Under the pieces are notes generated by a model, which saw only the letters and a list, made by a program, of their open reading frames with translations, was not told where the DNA came from and did no database searches. From Nitrosopumilus sp. (GTDB lineage Archaea > Thermoproteota > Nitrososphaeria > Nitrososphaerales > Nitrosopumilaceae): a DNA stretch of 64,000 nt. The stretch spans positions 1,472,001-1,536,000 of the forward strand of contig OY763927.2 in NCBI GenBank assembly GCA_963667665.2, in the 5' to 3' direction. A program made the position numbers and the translations under genes. Positions 1-10,161 of this stretch are shown in pieces (the stretch's first letter is position 1; each line of letters begins with the position of its first letter).

Positions 1-168
1 ATAATCAAAGGAACACTTGAGAATATTGCAAAGAAAGTTAAAGATGATAAGATTACAAGGACCGCAATTGTAATTATTAGTGATGTAATAGATCCTAAAA
101 CATATGAATATTCAAAACTATATGATAAAAAATTTAGTCATGGTTATAGAAAAGCCAAAGTCAAATAG
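1..168 (+). CDS. cbiF: 3' end of cobalt-precorrin-4 C11-methyltransferase (partial)
   Basis: Frame 1 reads IIKGTLENIAKKVKDDKITRTAIVIISDVIDPKTYEYSKLYDKKFSHGYRKAKVK*; SKLYD..FSH.YR is the typical CbiF/CobM C-terminus. Confidence 0.8.
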   Translation: MIKGTLENIAKKVKDDKITRTAIVIISDVIDPKTYEYSKLYDKKFSHGYRKAKVK

Positions 169-925
169 ATAAAAAAGAAACTCTATTTCTAATTTTTAAT
201 TTATCAAGATTTTTTTTAAACTTGATTGGGTTACCTGATGTGAAAATTTTTAATGAATTCCTTTTTGATTGATTATTTTTAATTACTTTGAAAACTTTTT
301 GTGCAACAATATTTCCTGGATCTATAAATTGCACATTAGGAAATTCCTTATCTAATAATGATTTCAAAAATGGAAGATGAGTACTAGAAAGAGTAATAGT
401 ATCAATTGAATTTTTAGAAATTACATCATTTAGAATCTTTTTAATAATTTTTTTGCAATATTGTTTGTTTGCAGTAAATTTTCCAGATTCTACAAGATCA
501 ATAAGCTCTGAACCATTAATTTTAAAAAATTTACAAGATTTTGAAAATTTTTTTCCTTTGATGTAGTTTGATAATCCTTTACTCTTAATTGCAGATTTTG
601 TTCCAAGTATTCCAATTCTTTTTGATTTAGAAATTTTATGAGCTTCATTTAGAGGTGGTTTTACTCCAATGATTTGGTTAGTTAGTAGATTCAACATGAG
701 ACTAGGAGTATTTGATGCCACAACTAAAACATCAGGAGAAAATTGTGCCTGGAGTGTTTTGATTGAGTTTTTAATTATTGAGCCTAGTTGTTTCTGAGAT
801 TTGTTACCGTAAGGAAAGTTTTGTTGATCTGCAAAATAGATAATCTCAGACTTCGATATTCTTTGAATAGCCTTGATTATTGAGAGTGAGCCTAAACCTG
901 AATCAAAAACTACAATTTTGGCCAT
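161..925 (-). CDS. murI: Glutamate racemase-like protein (Asp/Glu racemase family), catalytic Cys replaced by Ser
   Basis: DSGLGS, ADQQNFPYGNKS, ASNT (cf. ACNT), SSTHLP (cf. GCTHYP); likely start ATG at 925 (MAKIVVFD). Confidence 0.75.
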   Translation of the reverse strand: MAKIVVFDSGLGSLSIIKAIQRISKSEIIYFADQQNFPYGNKSQKQLGSIIKNSIKTLQAQFSPDVLVVASNTPSLMLNLLTNQIIGVKPPLNEAHKISKSKRIGILGTKSAIKSKGLSNYIKGKKFSKSCKFFKINGSELIDLVESGKFTANKQYCKKIIKKILNDVISKNSIDTITLSSTHLPFLKSLLDKEFPNVQFIDPGNIVAQKVFKVIKNNQSKRNSLKIFTSGNPIKFKKNLDKLKIRNRVSFLSI

Positions 926-1030
926 AAATTTTAGGCATAAATCAATCATAATAGTTTGTTAGCTAAATTTAATCCAAAGTCGATCTAAATGCACACAGTC
1001 CATTAAGACTAAATTTCTAAACGACCAATC

Positions 1031-1684
1031 ATGCCAAACTTCGATAAGACTTGGGCTCGACAAGAGACCCAAAGTGTAACTGGCAAACTCCGTGAAGCAG
1101 TAAAACCTCAAGGTGCATTAAAACCACGAATCCAGACTGCAGTAAACAAACTACAAGTTCAAATCTCAAAAATGGACTCTATGTTAACAAAACTGCATGA
1201 AAGAGATGCGCAACTCTTTCAGAGAGTCGTGACTGCAATGCAGCAACATGATACTAGCACAAGTAGAGTTTTGTCCAACGAATTAGCTGAAATTCGTAAA
1301 GTTACGAAGATGCTTGGCAACGCAAGAATGTCATTAGAACAAGTCCAACTAAGACTGACAACTATTCATGATCTTGGTGATGCTATGGTAGCAATTGGAC
1401 CAGCAATGTCTACAATGAAGGGATTGAAGTCATCGCTAGGAAGATTCATGCCAGAAGCAGACGCAGAATTGAATGCAATGTCACAGACACTTAATGGACT
1501 TATGATGGATTCACTTGCAGGAGACTCGTTTAGTATGGAGTCTGATGCTTCAAGTGAAGAAACAGAAAAGATTCTACAAGAAGCATCTGCAGTAGCTGAG
1601 CAACAGATAGGAGAGAAATTCCCATCTGTACCATTCCAAACTGGACTTTCGTCTCAAACCTCTACTACTTCTACCTTTGAGTAG
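1031..1684 (+). CDS. cdvB: ESCRT-III/Snf7-family cell division protein, CdvB paralogue
   Basis: Helical Snf7 core (SRVLSNELAEIRKVTK...LEQVQLRLTT), acidic C-terminus; clear paralogue of 37418-38059. Confidence 0.85.
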   Translation: MPNFDKTWARQETQSVTGKLREAVKPQGALKPRIQTAVNKLQVQISKMDSMLTKLHERDAQLFQRVVTAMQQHDTSTSRVLSNELAEIRKVTKMLGNARMSLEQVQLRLTTIHDLGDAMVAIGPAMSTMKGLKSSLGRFMPEADAELNAMSQTLNGLMMDSLAGDSFSMESDASSEETEKILQEASAVAEQQIGEKFPSVPFQTGLSSQTSTTSTFE

Positions 1685-1752
1685 ATTGGAAAGGACGAAC
1701 GTTCATTCTTTTTATTTTAATTTTTAAAATTATTCTATATTTGAACTAAGTA

Positions 1753-4243
1753 TTATGTAGATACAGAAATTTCTCCATTTAATTCACCTTTAAAATGTTT
1801 CATGCCACCTTTTATTGTTACATCTCCAGAACCAGTTGCATCTTCATACTTATCGGTTCCACCAGTTATTACAAATGTACCAGTGTATATTGGGAATTTT
1901 CCACATTTTTGTAAATCAAAATTAGCATTTACATTTCCATCACGGAATTTTATAGTACCAGAAGCTGAGATTTGTTTGCATTCATCAACGGTTTCTATAG
2001 AAAATACGCCAGATGTTTTTATTATATTATATTTATCATCGTCTATCATATATTTTCCAGTTGTCTTCTATGTTCCATTATTTTTCTGTTCACCAATGAA
2101 ACTTCCACTGAATGTTTCTGTTTCAGGTTCTGTTTCAGGTTCTGTTTCAGGTTCTGTTTCAGGTTCTGTTTCTTCATTATCTAAAATAGTTGATGGTACA
2201 CACAACGTTTTTGGCTTTTTAGCTTGTAATTCTTCAGGTCCAAATTGATTATTGGTAAATACATTTATTTTTTTGAATTTTGGTTCTCCTTTAATCTTCT
2301 TTAGATCATAACACATTACATAGTTCTCATCATTTACTATCCCTTCATCATTTTTGTCAACTGGTGAACATAACATTTTTTGTTTTTTGACTTCCATGGT
2401 TAGGCTTCCAAACTGATCTACTAAATCAACATTTCTTTTCTCAAACTTTGGTGTATGTTTGGAAACTTTGGCATCATAACATTTGAAATGATTAATTTCA
2501 ATAGGATCTAATGGGTCAGGCACTGCAAAATGATCTTTGGAAGAGGGAACTAGTAGCACCTTTACTTTTTTAATATCTACAGTAAGTTCTCCAAACTGAT
2601 TTGTGACTAAAATATTCTTAATTCCTTTAAACTTTGGTTCTCCATGTGATTTTTTAATATCATATGAAACTAGATGAGAGATATTATTTGCTATTGGTTC
2701 TCCATTTTTAGCTACTGGATTGTAAAGCTTTTTTAGTTTTTTAACATCATATTCTACTTTTCCTGCAAATTCATCAACTAAAGTAACTTGAAGTTTTTTA
2801 TATTTGTCGTCATGTTTGTCGTCATGATCATCATGATGTTTTACCTTAGTATTATATCCCAAATAATGATCTACTGGGAATTCAGCAATCACTGTAACAA
2901 AAGATATTGTTGTGGAATCTGCTTGAATAAACCAATACCAAAAATTATCAAATACTGCTTGTCTTGAGAGAACACCATTTTGAAGTGTAGCACCTTCCAG
3001 TCCAGGTAAAGAATCAAAATTGAAAGTTTGTCCTTTGTCTTGTGAGTGTGACAAGAATTTTTGGTTAGGACACTGAATCTTCCCAAATAGAGTAAAGGTT
3101 ATCACCTGTTCCTATATTTTCAGAGAAAGAATTAGAAGAAATTGGTATGACACTTCCAAATATGGTATAATTAAGAGAATATGTTTGTCCAAAGTCATTA
3201 GAAAATTTTACATGTCTTTCTGAATCATTAAGTCCCAAACACATGAAAACAGCATCATCACCTAAATTATCAATATCATATGGATCATCACATTCTGAAC
3301 CGTCATCTAAAACAGATGGACTACCAAAAGTGTTTCCACCGTCTGTACTAACTGCCTGTACTGACTCTTGTGTGTCTCCTATCCAGCTAATTAGCACTTT
3401 ACTTGCATTGTCATTTACTACCATTTGTAGGTCATCTTCACTAATTGAAGAAGTACTAATTTGAGTTGGAACACTCCAATTTACACCATTATCATTACTG
3501 TTTGAAAAATAAACATGTGTTTCACTGTTTGAACCAATCCAACTTGCATACATGTTCATTCCATTAACTACTATCAAGCCTTGAGTTTGATCAGAAACTC
3601 CATCATCATCAAAATTTTGAAGAATAATTTCAGTCCATGATGTACCGAAATCATTACTTACTAGCACAGCTTGGAATTCCAGAGCGCCTCCATCTGAGAA
3701 GGTAGATGCTATATTTTGACCATCACCACTCCATATTATTTCAGAAGCACTTAATCCAGATTCAAAGACTTCTTCAAACACTGTAAAATTTAAACCGTTA
3801 TCTGTGCTTACTGCAAAGTAAAGAACGATACCCTCTGGCTCTTCCCAACTTACACCAATATCACCATTATCATTTATGAATATACGTTGTGAAACTATTT
3901 GAGTAAAAGTAGAATCTAACCCACCACCCAAGAGAGCTGGTGTACTCCAAGTAACACCACCATCAACAGAACGTGTGAATTTTATATTGTCACTAATATC
4001 TTCATCCCAATAAAGAAGATATATTCCATTTTCAGTTGCTTTTACATCTATAATTCCAATATCACCAAAAGTACTTTCAGTTAGAATCTCTTGTAGTGGA
4101 AAAACTTCAATGCCATAAGCAGTTTGTGCATCTGAAATCATAGTAAATGAAATTGCAAATAATGACAATGCCATTAAAGTGAATAAAGATCGAGTCTTCA
4201 GAGACACGATATTTAGATCCTTTATTCTCTGATTAATCAACAT
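1753..4243 (-). pseudogene. Large secreted BNR/Asp-box (sialidase-like) surface protein split by a frameshift and an in-frame stop
   Basis: Signal peptide and repeated SxDxGxTW/F boxes in 3065-4243; next box (SHSQDKGQTF) continues in another frame at ~3066; in-frame TAG at 2068-2070 separates 2068-3105 from 1753-2049. Confidence 0.75.
2116..2172. repeat. 12-bp tandem repeat (TTCTGTTTCAGG)x4.75 encoding an ETEP linker
   Basis: Direct reading of the sequence. Confidence 0.95.
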
Positions 4244-4425
4244 GATAACCCTATCCTAACCATTTGCATATTATTTCTCAGTAATGTAGAATATTTAGTC
4301 TTAGTTTAGTAATTGAAATTAAATACAATAATTGAAAGTCCCATTTGTGGGAATAGTAAAATTAAATTTTAATCACATGCACAAAAAAAATTCGTAAGAG
4401 ATCATATTATAAATAAAGATCTAAT

Positions 4426-5592
4426 TTAGCTCCAAAGTTTTTCTTTGAAAGTTAGTTTTTTGTTTAAGATAAAGTTACCAAGTGCTGCAGTTGTAATAGC
4501 TAAAACTAAAGCAAGTGGATATACAATATCATGAGAATCTACTAACCAGAATACCATTCCTAATTGTATTATTGCACCTAATGAGCTAAAAATACAGAAT
4601 TTTCCATATTGAGATAGCGTTTTCTTTCGTGAAAAGTCTCTATCTTCAAATGTCCAGACTTTGTTTAAAATGAAATTAGTAGAAATAGATGCAATTATTC
4701 CAAAGATGTTTGCATGAACATACCAAAAGTCAGTTAGTCCAGATGTAAAAAGCATTGAGATAACATAATTTACAGCTAAACCAGAGGCCCCAACTGTAAA
4801 GAATCTTGCTGCTTTTGAAAGAAATCGAACTGAATTGCGTTTCTCATTTGTTATTTTTATTTTGTCATTTTTGTAAAGTTTCCATACGGATTTAAAATAA
4901 TCAATAATAGTTGAAATATCTAATTTACTTGAACCAAATTTCCTATTTTCAAAAGTATATGGAATTTCTTTTATGTTTATCCCTTTAGTTTTTACAAGAA
5001 GTTCTAAAAGAAATTTGTAACCCAGTGCATCAAAATTTAATTCTTTGATAATATTTTTTTTAAAAGCAAAGAACCCAGACATTGGATCTTTTGTTTTAAT
5101 ACCCAATCCTTTTTTTGCAATCATAGTTGCAAATTTACTCATTAGTTTTCTCTTAGTTGTCCAACCTTGAATATTTCCTCCTGTAATGTATCGTGAAGCC
5201 ACAACAACATCACATTGATATTGTTTTAGGGTTTCAATCATCTTTGGGATAATTTGTGGAGGATGTGAAAAATCTGAGTCCATTACAACAATTGTTTCTC
5301 CTTTTGCATTTTGAATTCCATTTAGAATTGCAGAAGAGAGTCCATTTTTTGCTTTTCTATGAATTACATCAATAGTATTTTCTGCAATTTTTTTAATGCT
5401 ACAAATATAATCTTCTACAATTTTGCCAGTTCCATCAGGAGAATTATCATCAATTACAATTGTTTCAGTATAAATTCCCTTAGGAATATTAGCACGAATT
5501 GATTTGAGAATACCAACTATATTTTGAGACTCGTTATATGTAGGAATAATAATTGAGATTTGTGGATTCTTCTGAGCCATACATTGCTTCAT
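4426..5592 (-). CDS. GT2 dolichol-phosphate mannosyltransferase-like glycosyltransferase with C-terminal GtrA domain
   Basis: IIIPTYNE, DDNSPDGT, MDSDFSHPP, DPMSGFF motifs followed by a 4-TM GtrA-like region. Confidence 0.88.
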   Translation of the reverse strand: MKQCMAQKNPQISIIIPTYNESQNIVGILKSIRANIPKGIYTETIVIDDNSPDGTGKIVEDYICSIKKIAENTIDVIHRKAKNGLSSAILNGIQNAKGETIVVMDSDFSHPPQIIPKMIETLKQYQCDVVVASRYITGGNIQGWTTKRKLMSKFATMIAKKGLGIKTKDPMSGFFAFKKNIIKELNFDALGYKFLLELLVKTKGINIKEIPYTFENRKFGSSKLDISTIIDYFKSVWKLYKNDKIKITNEKRNSVRFLSKAARFFTVGASGLAVNYVISMLFTSGLTDFWYVHANIFGIIASISTNFILNKVWTFEDRDFSRKKTLSQYGKFCIFSSLGAIIQLGMVFWLVDSHDIVYPLALVLAITTAALGNFILNKKLTFKEKLWS

Positions 5593-5693
5593 CCCTACCC
5601 TAAAGCAAATGAATATTAATTTATAACAAATTTTATGCCTGAATAATCTTGTTCACAAAATTTTTCTAAGAATTTTATCCAACATCTGATCTA

Positions 5694-6485
5694 TCACCAT
5701 CGAAAAATTCCAATTCTTACCTTAGATTGTACTATAATGATTGTGAAGATTAGGATTGTAAATACTAGAATTGGTAAACTCAATTCAGGAAGCGACTTGT
5801 CAGGAGACACAATATCTCCCCATTCAGATGGGGGTGGGATATTAAAAGAATTATCTCTTGAATTTTCAGGCTATGAATAAAATTTATCTAAACTTGCATC
5901 ATAAACTGAAAGATAAAATCCATAATTATCTGAACGTTCTAACAATTCAATTGGTATTTTAAATTCATAACTTGGATGTGGAGTTTCAGTATAACGATCA
6001 TTTTCATCAGATACAGTACTAATTGCAATAAAATCATCAGGATTAGGAATTTTTTGCATGGATGTTGTAGATTCATCTATAGTAATTCCTTGAAAAACAG
6101 TACCTTCATTATTTTCTAATAAAATAGAAAAACAAAAATCATTTGTATCAAAAATTTCACTTTTATTGTTCTTCCCATCTAAACAAATAGTTGCTTTATC
6201 CAGTTCATCAAGTGTTAAATCATTAACAGGATCAACAAAAACATAGATGTAATCTCCAAAATGAGCTGTTCTTAGATGTATTGTTATTTCTTCATCACCA
6301 AAAGAATATAGATTATGGCTTGATTGCTTCCATTCTGAATAATTTGTCCATTTTCCATCAAAGATAACATCCTACATACTTGGTGATATAGTGATTAAGA
6401 TTGGTTCAGATGTTGCAGAAGCATTTTCAAAAGAAACAAAAATCATTAAAGAAGCAAAACAAAGGAAAAATAGTTTTAGTTTCAT
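5694..6485 (-). pseudogene. Secreted DOMON/carbohydrate-binding-like protein with PEF-type C-terminal anchor, two in-frame stops
   Basis: Single frame from ATG 6485 (MKLKLFFLCF...) to TGA 5694; TAG at 6372-6374 (SPSM*DVIFDGKW) and 5871-5873 (FYS*PEN); ends PELSLPILVFTILIFTIII. Confidence 0.75.
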
Positions 6486-6571
6486 GTAGTTTTATTGTAA
6501 TTTGATCAAATATAAAAAAAATCAGCCTAAAATTTAGTCAAGTTTATAGACATGAATAAGAAAATAATTGT

Positions 6572-6994
6572 GTGAATAAAGCTGCAGGTATTGGAGCAAT
6601 AATAGCAGTAATTATTGGAATTATTATTGTATCAGCTACAATTTCTATGGATTCCTCAGTTGAGGAGGAGGATTCAGCATCAGAAGGGATTGTAATAGAA
6701 GAGGAGATTGTAATAGAAGAGTCAATTGAAGAGGAGATTGTAATAGAAGAGTCAATTGAAGAGGAGATTGTAATAGAAGAGTCAATTGAAGAGGAGATTG
6801 TAATAGAAGAGTCAATTGAAGAGGAGATTGTAATAGAAGAGTCAATTGAAGAGGAGATTGTAATAGAAGAGTCAATTGAAGAGGAGATTGTAATAGAAGA
6901 GTCAATTGAAGAGGAGATTGTAATAGAAGAGTCAATTGAAGAGGAGATTGTAATAGAAGAGTCAATTGAAGAACCAGTAGTTGAAGAAGGTTAG
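6572..6994 (+). CDS. Membrane-anchored acidic repeat protein (EEIVIEESIE)x9
   Basis: N-terminal TM helix followed by a Glu-rich tandem repeat. Confidence 0.7.
   Translation: MNKAAGIGAIIAVIIGIIIVSATISMDSSVEEEDSASEGIVIEEEIVIEESIEEEIVIEESIEEEIVIEESIEEEIVIEESIEEEIVIEESIEEEIVIEESIEEEIVIEESIEEEIVIEESIEEEIVIEESIEEPVVEEG
6701..6970. repeat. Perfect 30-bp tandem repeat x9 (GAGGAGATTGTAATAGAAGAGTCAATTGAA)
   Basis: Nine identical consecutive units with no spacers. Confidence 0.97.
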
Positions 6995-7118
6995 CTTGGC
7001 AAAAAACCCTCAACTAATAGATCCGTTTTGGCACTTTTTAGGGTGTTTTGAGCTTTACAGTTTCTTTTAATTCAACGGTAATATCCCTCCTATAATACAG
7101 TAAATTATAGTCAGTTCA

Positions 7119-7859
7119 ATGAAAAGAATCACATCTATTGTGTTATTTGCAAGTATCTTTGCAGTTGCAGTAGGAACATTAGGTCTAAGTGGAAATACTT
7201 CTACTCTGATGATATCTGCTGTACCACAAACTCAAGAAAATGTAGGCATGTTAGGTCATGTCGAATACAAAGTTCTCAATGAGTTTGGAGACATAAAGGC
7301 ATACATGCAAAATGACAACATAGTAGTAATAGCCGGAATAGATTGTGCAGCACAACACCTCTTCTTCAATACTGGTGGTCAAACCAATGACGGAACATGT
7401 ATCGCAGATTCTGCAGCTTTTACCCATATCGGTATAGGTAACGGAACAATTTCAGGTGCAGGTACTCATCTTGGTGTAGCAAATGCAACATTAGCATCAG
7501 CAACTGATGGAGATGGAGTATGTTCAGCTTCAGGCGGTACAGGAACCTCAGGTGGTGGAGACATGGCAAAAAGAAATGTAACTGCAACTACTGATACAGG
7601 ACTAACATCAAGAATTGTAACATTAGATACATCTAGTGCACCATTTACATTTGATACATCAAATGCAACAGCAGTAATTGATTCAGCCATATTCAATGCT
7701 GACTATAATGGATCACCTACAAATGGTCAATGTCCATCAACTCAGACAGCAGGAACACATTGGAATATGTTCTCAAGACAGCTACTTAACGGTATTACAG
7801 GAATTTCCGTCAGTAACGGAGATAGTCTATCTGTAAAGTGGACAATCACAATATCATAA
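7119..7859 (+). CDS. Secreted Gly/Thr-rich protein with phage tail-fibre/collar-like beta fold
   Basis: Signal peptide; GHVEY..N.VV..G, FTHIGIGNG and MFSRQ...GDSLSVKWTITI motifs. Confidence 0.55.
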   Translation: MKRITSIVLFASIFAVAVGTLGLSGNTSTLMISAVPQTQENVGMLGHVEYKVLNEFGDIKAYMQNDNIVVIAGIDCAAQHLFFNTGGQTNDGTCIADSAAFTHIGIGNGTISGAGTHLGVANATLASATDGDGVCSASGGTGTSGGGDMAKRNVTATTDTGLTSRIVTLDTSSAPFTFDTSNATAVIDSAIFNADYNGSPTNGQCPSTQTAGTHWNMFSRQLLNGITGISVSNGDSLSVKWTITIS

Positions 7860-7904
7860 GATTGAACTTTTTTTAAAAATCAATCTTGTGTTTTTTTTAT
7901 ATTT

Positions 7905-8579
7905 TTAGAAACTATTTAGCTTGTAGTATTTACAATTTCTTTTAATTTTACATACATCACACATTGGAGATATGGGTTTGCATATATTTTGTCCATACAT
8001 TACAAATGTATCATTAATGTCAAGCCAGTATTTTTTTGGAATCTTTTTCATTAGTTCTTGTTCTGTATCTTCAGGAGTTTTAGTATCAACCAAACCCAAT
8101 CTATTAGAAATTCTATGAACATGAATGTCAACAGGAATTGCAGGTTTTTCATAAGCATATACTAATACACAGTTAGCAGTTTTTCTACCAACGCCAGGCA
8201 ATTTTACTAGAGTTTCCAAATCATCAGGCACAATTCCCTTATACTGAGAATCAATGATTTTAGCAACTTCGATGATTCTTTTGGATTTTACATGATAAAA
8301 TCCAATGGACCTTATGATTTTCTCTATATCTTTTACCTTAGCATTTCCCAAAGATTTAGCATTTTTGTATTTTGAAAATAAAACTTTGCATACTTTGGTT
8401 GTACTTTCATCTTTAGTTCTAGCAGAAAGAATGGTACCTATTAGAATACTAAATGGACCACCAGTTTCTACCTCATGAAGTTCACGTAATGCAGTCATTC
8501 TGGGTGGTTTAACTGAATTCATAGTGGACATCATCCCACGTAGAATTTTTTCCATATTCATGTAATATTTTACATGCAA
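7905..8579 (-). CDS. nth: Endonuclease III (HhH-GPD, 4Fe-4S)
   Basis: LPGVGRKTA HhH, VDIHVHR, C-x6-C-x2-C-x5-C cluster. Confidence 0.93.
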   Translation of the reverse strand: MHVKYYMNMEKILRGMMSTMNSVKPPRMTALRELHEVETGGPFSILIGTILSARTKDESTTKVCKVLFSKYKNAKSLGNAKVKDIEKIIRSIGFYHVKSKRIIEVAKIIDSQYKGIVPDDLETLVKLPGVGRKTANCVLVYAYEKPAIPVDIHVHRISNRLGLVDTKTPEDTEQELMKKIPKKYWLDINDTFVMYGQNICKPISPMCDVCKIKRNCKYYKLNSF

Positions 8580-8610
8580 GTATTATATCTGTAAATAACT
8601 AACATGTTTT

Positions 8611-9765
8611 GTGGAGTTAACTAGAGAAGAAGAATCTGCATTAAAAGGTGAACAAAGTGAAATTATGCAGATGGCATATAGAATTTTAGTTGCTACAGGT
8701 GAGGCAACTGATGCAGAAAGACTTGTTCCAATAGAATGGGCACATCTATCAGGTGTTAATTACAATACAATTGGTGATGCAGGAGAAGAATTACTCTCAA
8801 GTATTAGCAAAGATGCTAGAGTTAAAGTAAAAACAACTTTGAATCCTATGGGATTTGATATAGATAATGTTTCAAACTATAATTTAGATGAAAATTTTAT
8901 TTCAAAACAACTCTCAATTAAAAATTCGTATGAAACAATGGGTGTTACTCCATCATTTTCATGTATTCCATATGAGATATTTGATATACCAAAAGATGGA
9001 ACTCAAGTAGCCTTTGCAGAAAGTAATGCTGCAATTCATGCAAATTCTTATGATCATCTAAAAACAAACAAGGAGAGTTCTTTTAGTGCACTTGCAAGTG
9101 CAATTACTGGAAAGAGTCCATATTCTTCCTTACGAAAAGAAGATTCGCCTAATCTCACAATTAGAATGAAAGTGGATAATCCAAACGAGTTAACCTATGG
9201 AATGTTAGGATTTTTTGCAGGTAAAGTTGGAGACACTTCAGTAAACATATCAGGTCTAGGAGATATGGATAGGCGTCAATGTAAGGCCATGTGTGGAGGT
9301 ATGGGAACTTCGGGAACTTGTGCAAAATTTCTTTTTGGAGATGGGGATGCAGATTGTGAAAAAGTAGATTTTGATAAAAAAGAGATGCAAAATGTTCATG
9401 ATGAATTAAACACTGCAGAAAAAGGAGACCTGATTACTCTTGGTAGTCCCCAATTAGGATTAGAAGAGATTTCAGATCTTACTGCTAGGCTTAAAGGACG
9501 ATCATTTAAGAAGCGATGCATGATTTTTTGTCCCAGAACTGTAAAAGAGCAGGCAAGAAAGATAGGATATACAAATGAATTAGAACGTGCAGAATGTGAA
9601 ATTCTTTCAGATTGTTGTACATGTCTAACACCACTAATCAATAAAGATGAAATTGATGCAGTTACTACAAATAGCATCAAAGGTGCATTTTATCTAAAAA
9701 ATTCTAACGGTGTTGATGTAAACCTAAAACCGTTATCGCAAATAATTGAAGATGAAACAAGGTGA
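8611..9765 (+). CDS. Aconitase X large subunit (phosphomevalonate dehydratase large subunit)
   Basis: AHLSGVNY, TTLNP, SCIPY, ESNA, LGSPQ, TNSIKG motifs; overlaps small subunit gene. Confidence 0.85.
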   Translation: MELTREEESALKGEQSEIMQMAYRILVATGEATDAERLVPIEWAHLSGVNYNTIGDAGEELLSSISKDARVKVKTTLNPMGFDIDNVSNYNLDENFISKQLSIKNSYETMGVTPSFSCIPYEIFDIPKDGTQVAFAESNAAIHANSYDHLKTNKESSFSALASAITGKSPYSSLRKEDSPNLTIRMKVDNPNELTYGMLGFFAGKVGDTSVNISGLGDMDRRQCKAMCGGMGTSGTCAKFLFGDGDADCEKVDFDKKEMQNVHDELNTAEKGDLITLGSPQLGLEEISDLTARLKGRSFKKRCMIFCPRTVKEQARKIGYTNELERAECEILSDCCTCLTPLINKDEIDAVTTNSIKGAFYLKNSNGVDVNLKPLSQIIEDETR

Positions 9766-10154
9766 AGAAAATTCTTGTAAAAGGTAAGGTTGAGGGAATC
9801 ATACTAAAATCAGAAGCGCCAATTAATTTTTTGGGTACAGTAGATAAAAAAACAGGAATAATTAGCGATAAGAATCATGAATTATTTGAAAAATCAATTA
9901 AAAATTCAGTTTTAGTATTTCCATCAGGAGTTGGTAGTAGTGTAGGTGCATATACTATCTATTCAATCAAATCAAATAATTCAGCACCACTTGCAATGAT
10001 TTGTCAAAAAGCTGATCTTACAGTTGCCACAGGTTGTGCATTATCTAACATTCCAATGGTAATTGTTTCTGATGAAGAATTTTCATCACTTCAAAATGGA
10101 CAAAAAATTTCTTTAGATACAGAATCTGAGAATCCAATTTCTATTATTCAATAA
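9762..10154 (+). CDS. Aconitase X swivel (small) subunit, DUF126
   Basis: INFLGTVDKKTG, GVGSSVG motifs; GTGA overlap with the large subunit. Confidence 0.88.
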   Translation: MKKILVKGKVEGIILKSEAPINFLGTVDKKTGIISDKNHELFEKSIKNSVLVFPSGVGSSVGAYTIYSIKSNNSAPLAMICQKADLTVATGCALSNIPMVIVSDEEFSSLQNGQKISLDTESENPISIIQ

Positions 10155-10161
10155 TAATCAA

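Noticed and set aside
2068-6374. Three in-frame TAG codons suggesting amber recoding or pyrrolysine
   Set aside because: Two fall where TGG (Trp) fits; TAA stops and frameshifts also occur; many intact genes end in TAG; no pyl genes seen
6701-6970. 30-bp repeats ending ATTGAA(G), resembling a CRISPR repeat
   Set aside because: No spacers, in-frame coding repeat, no cas genes
6645-7013. Leu/Gln repeat ORF and other antisense ORFs in the track (e.g. 1802-2248, 11777-12235, 62745-63134)
   Set aside because: Shadow frames of well-supported genes on the opposite strand
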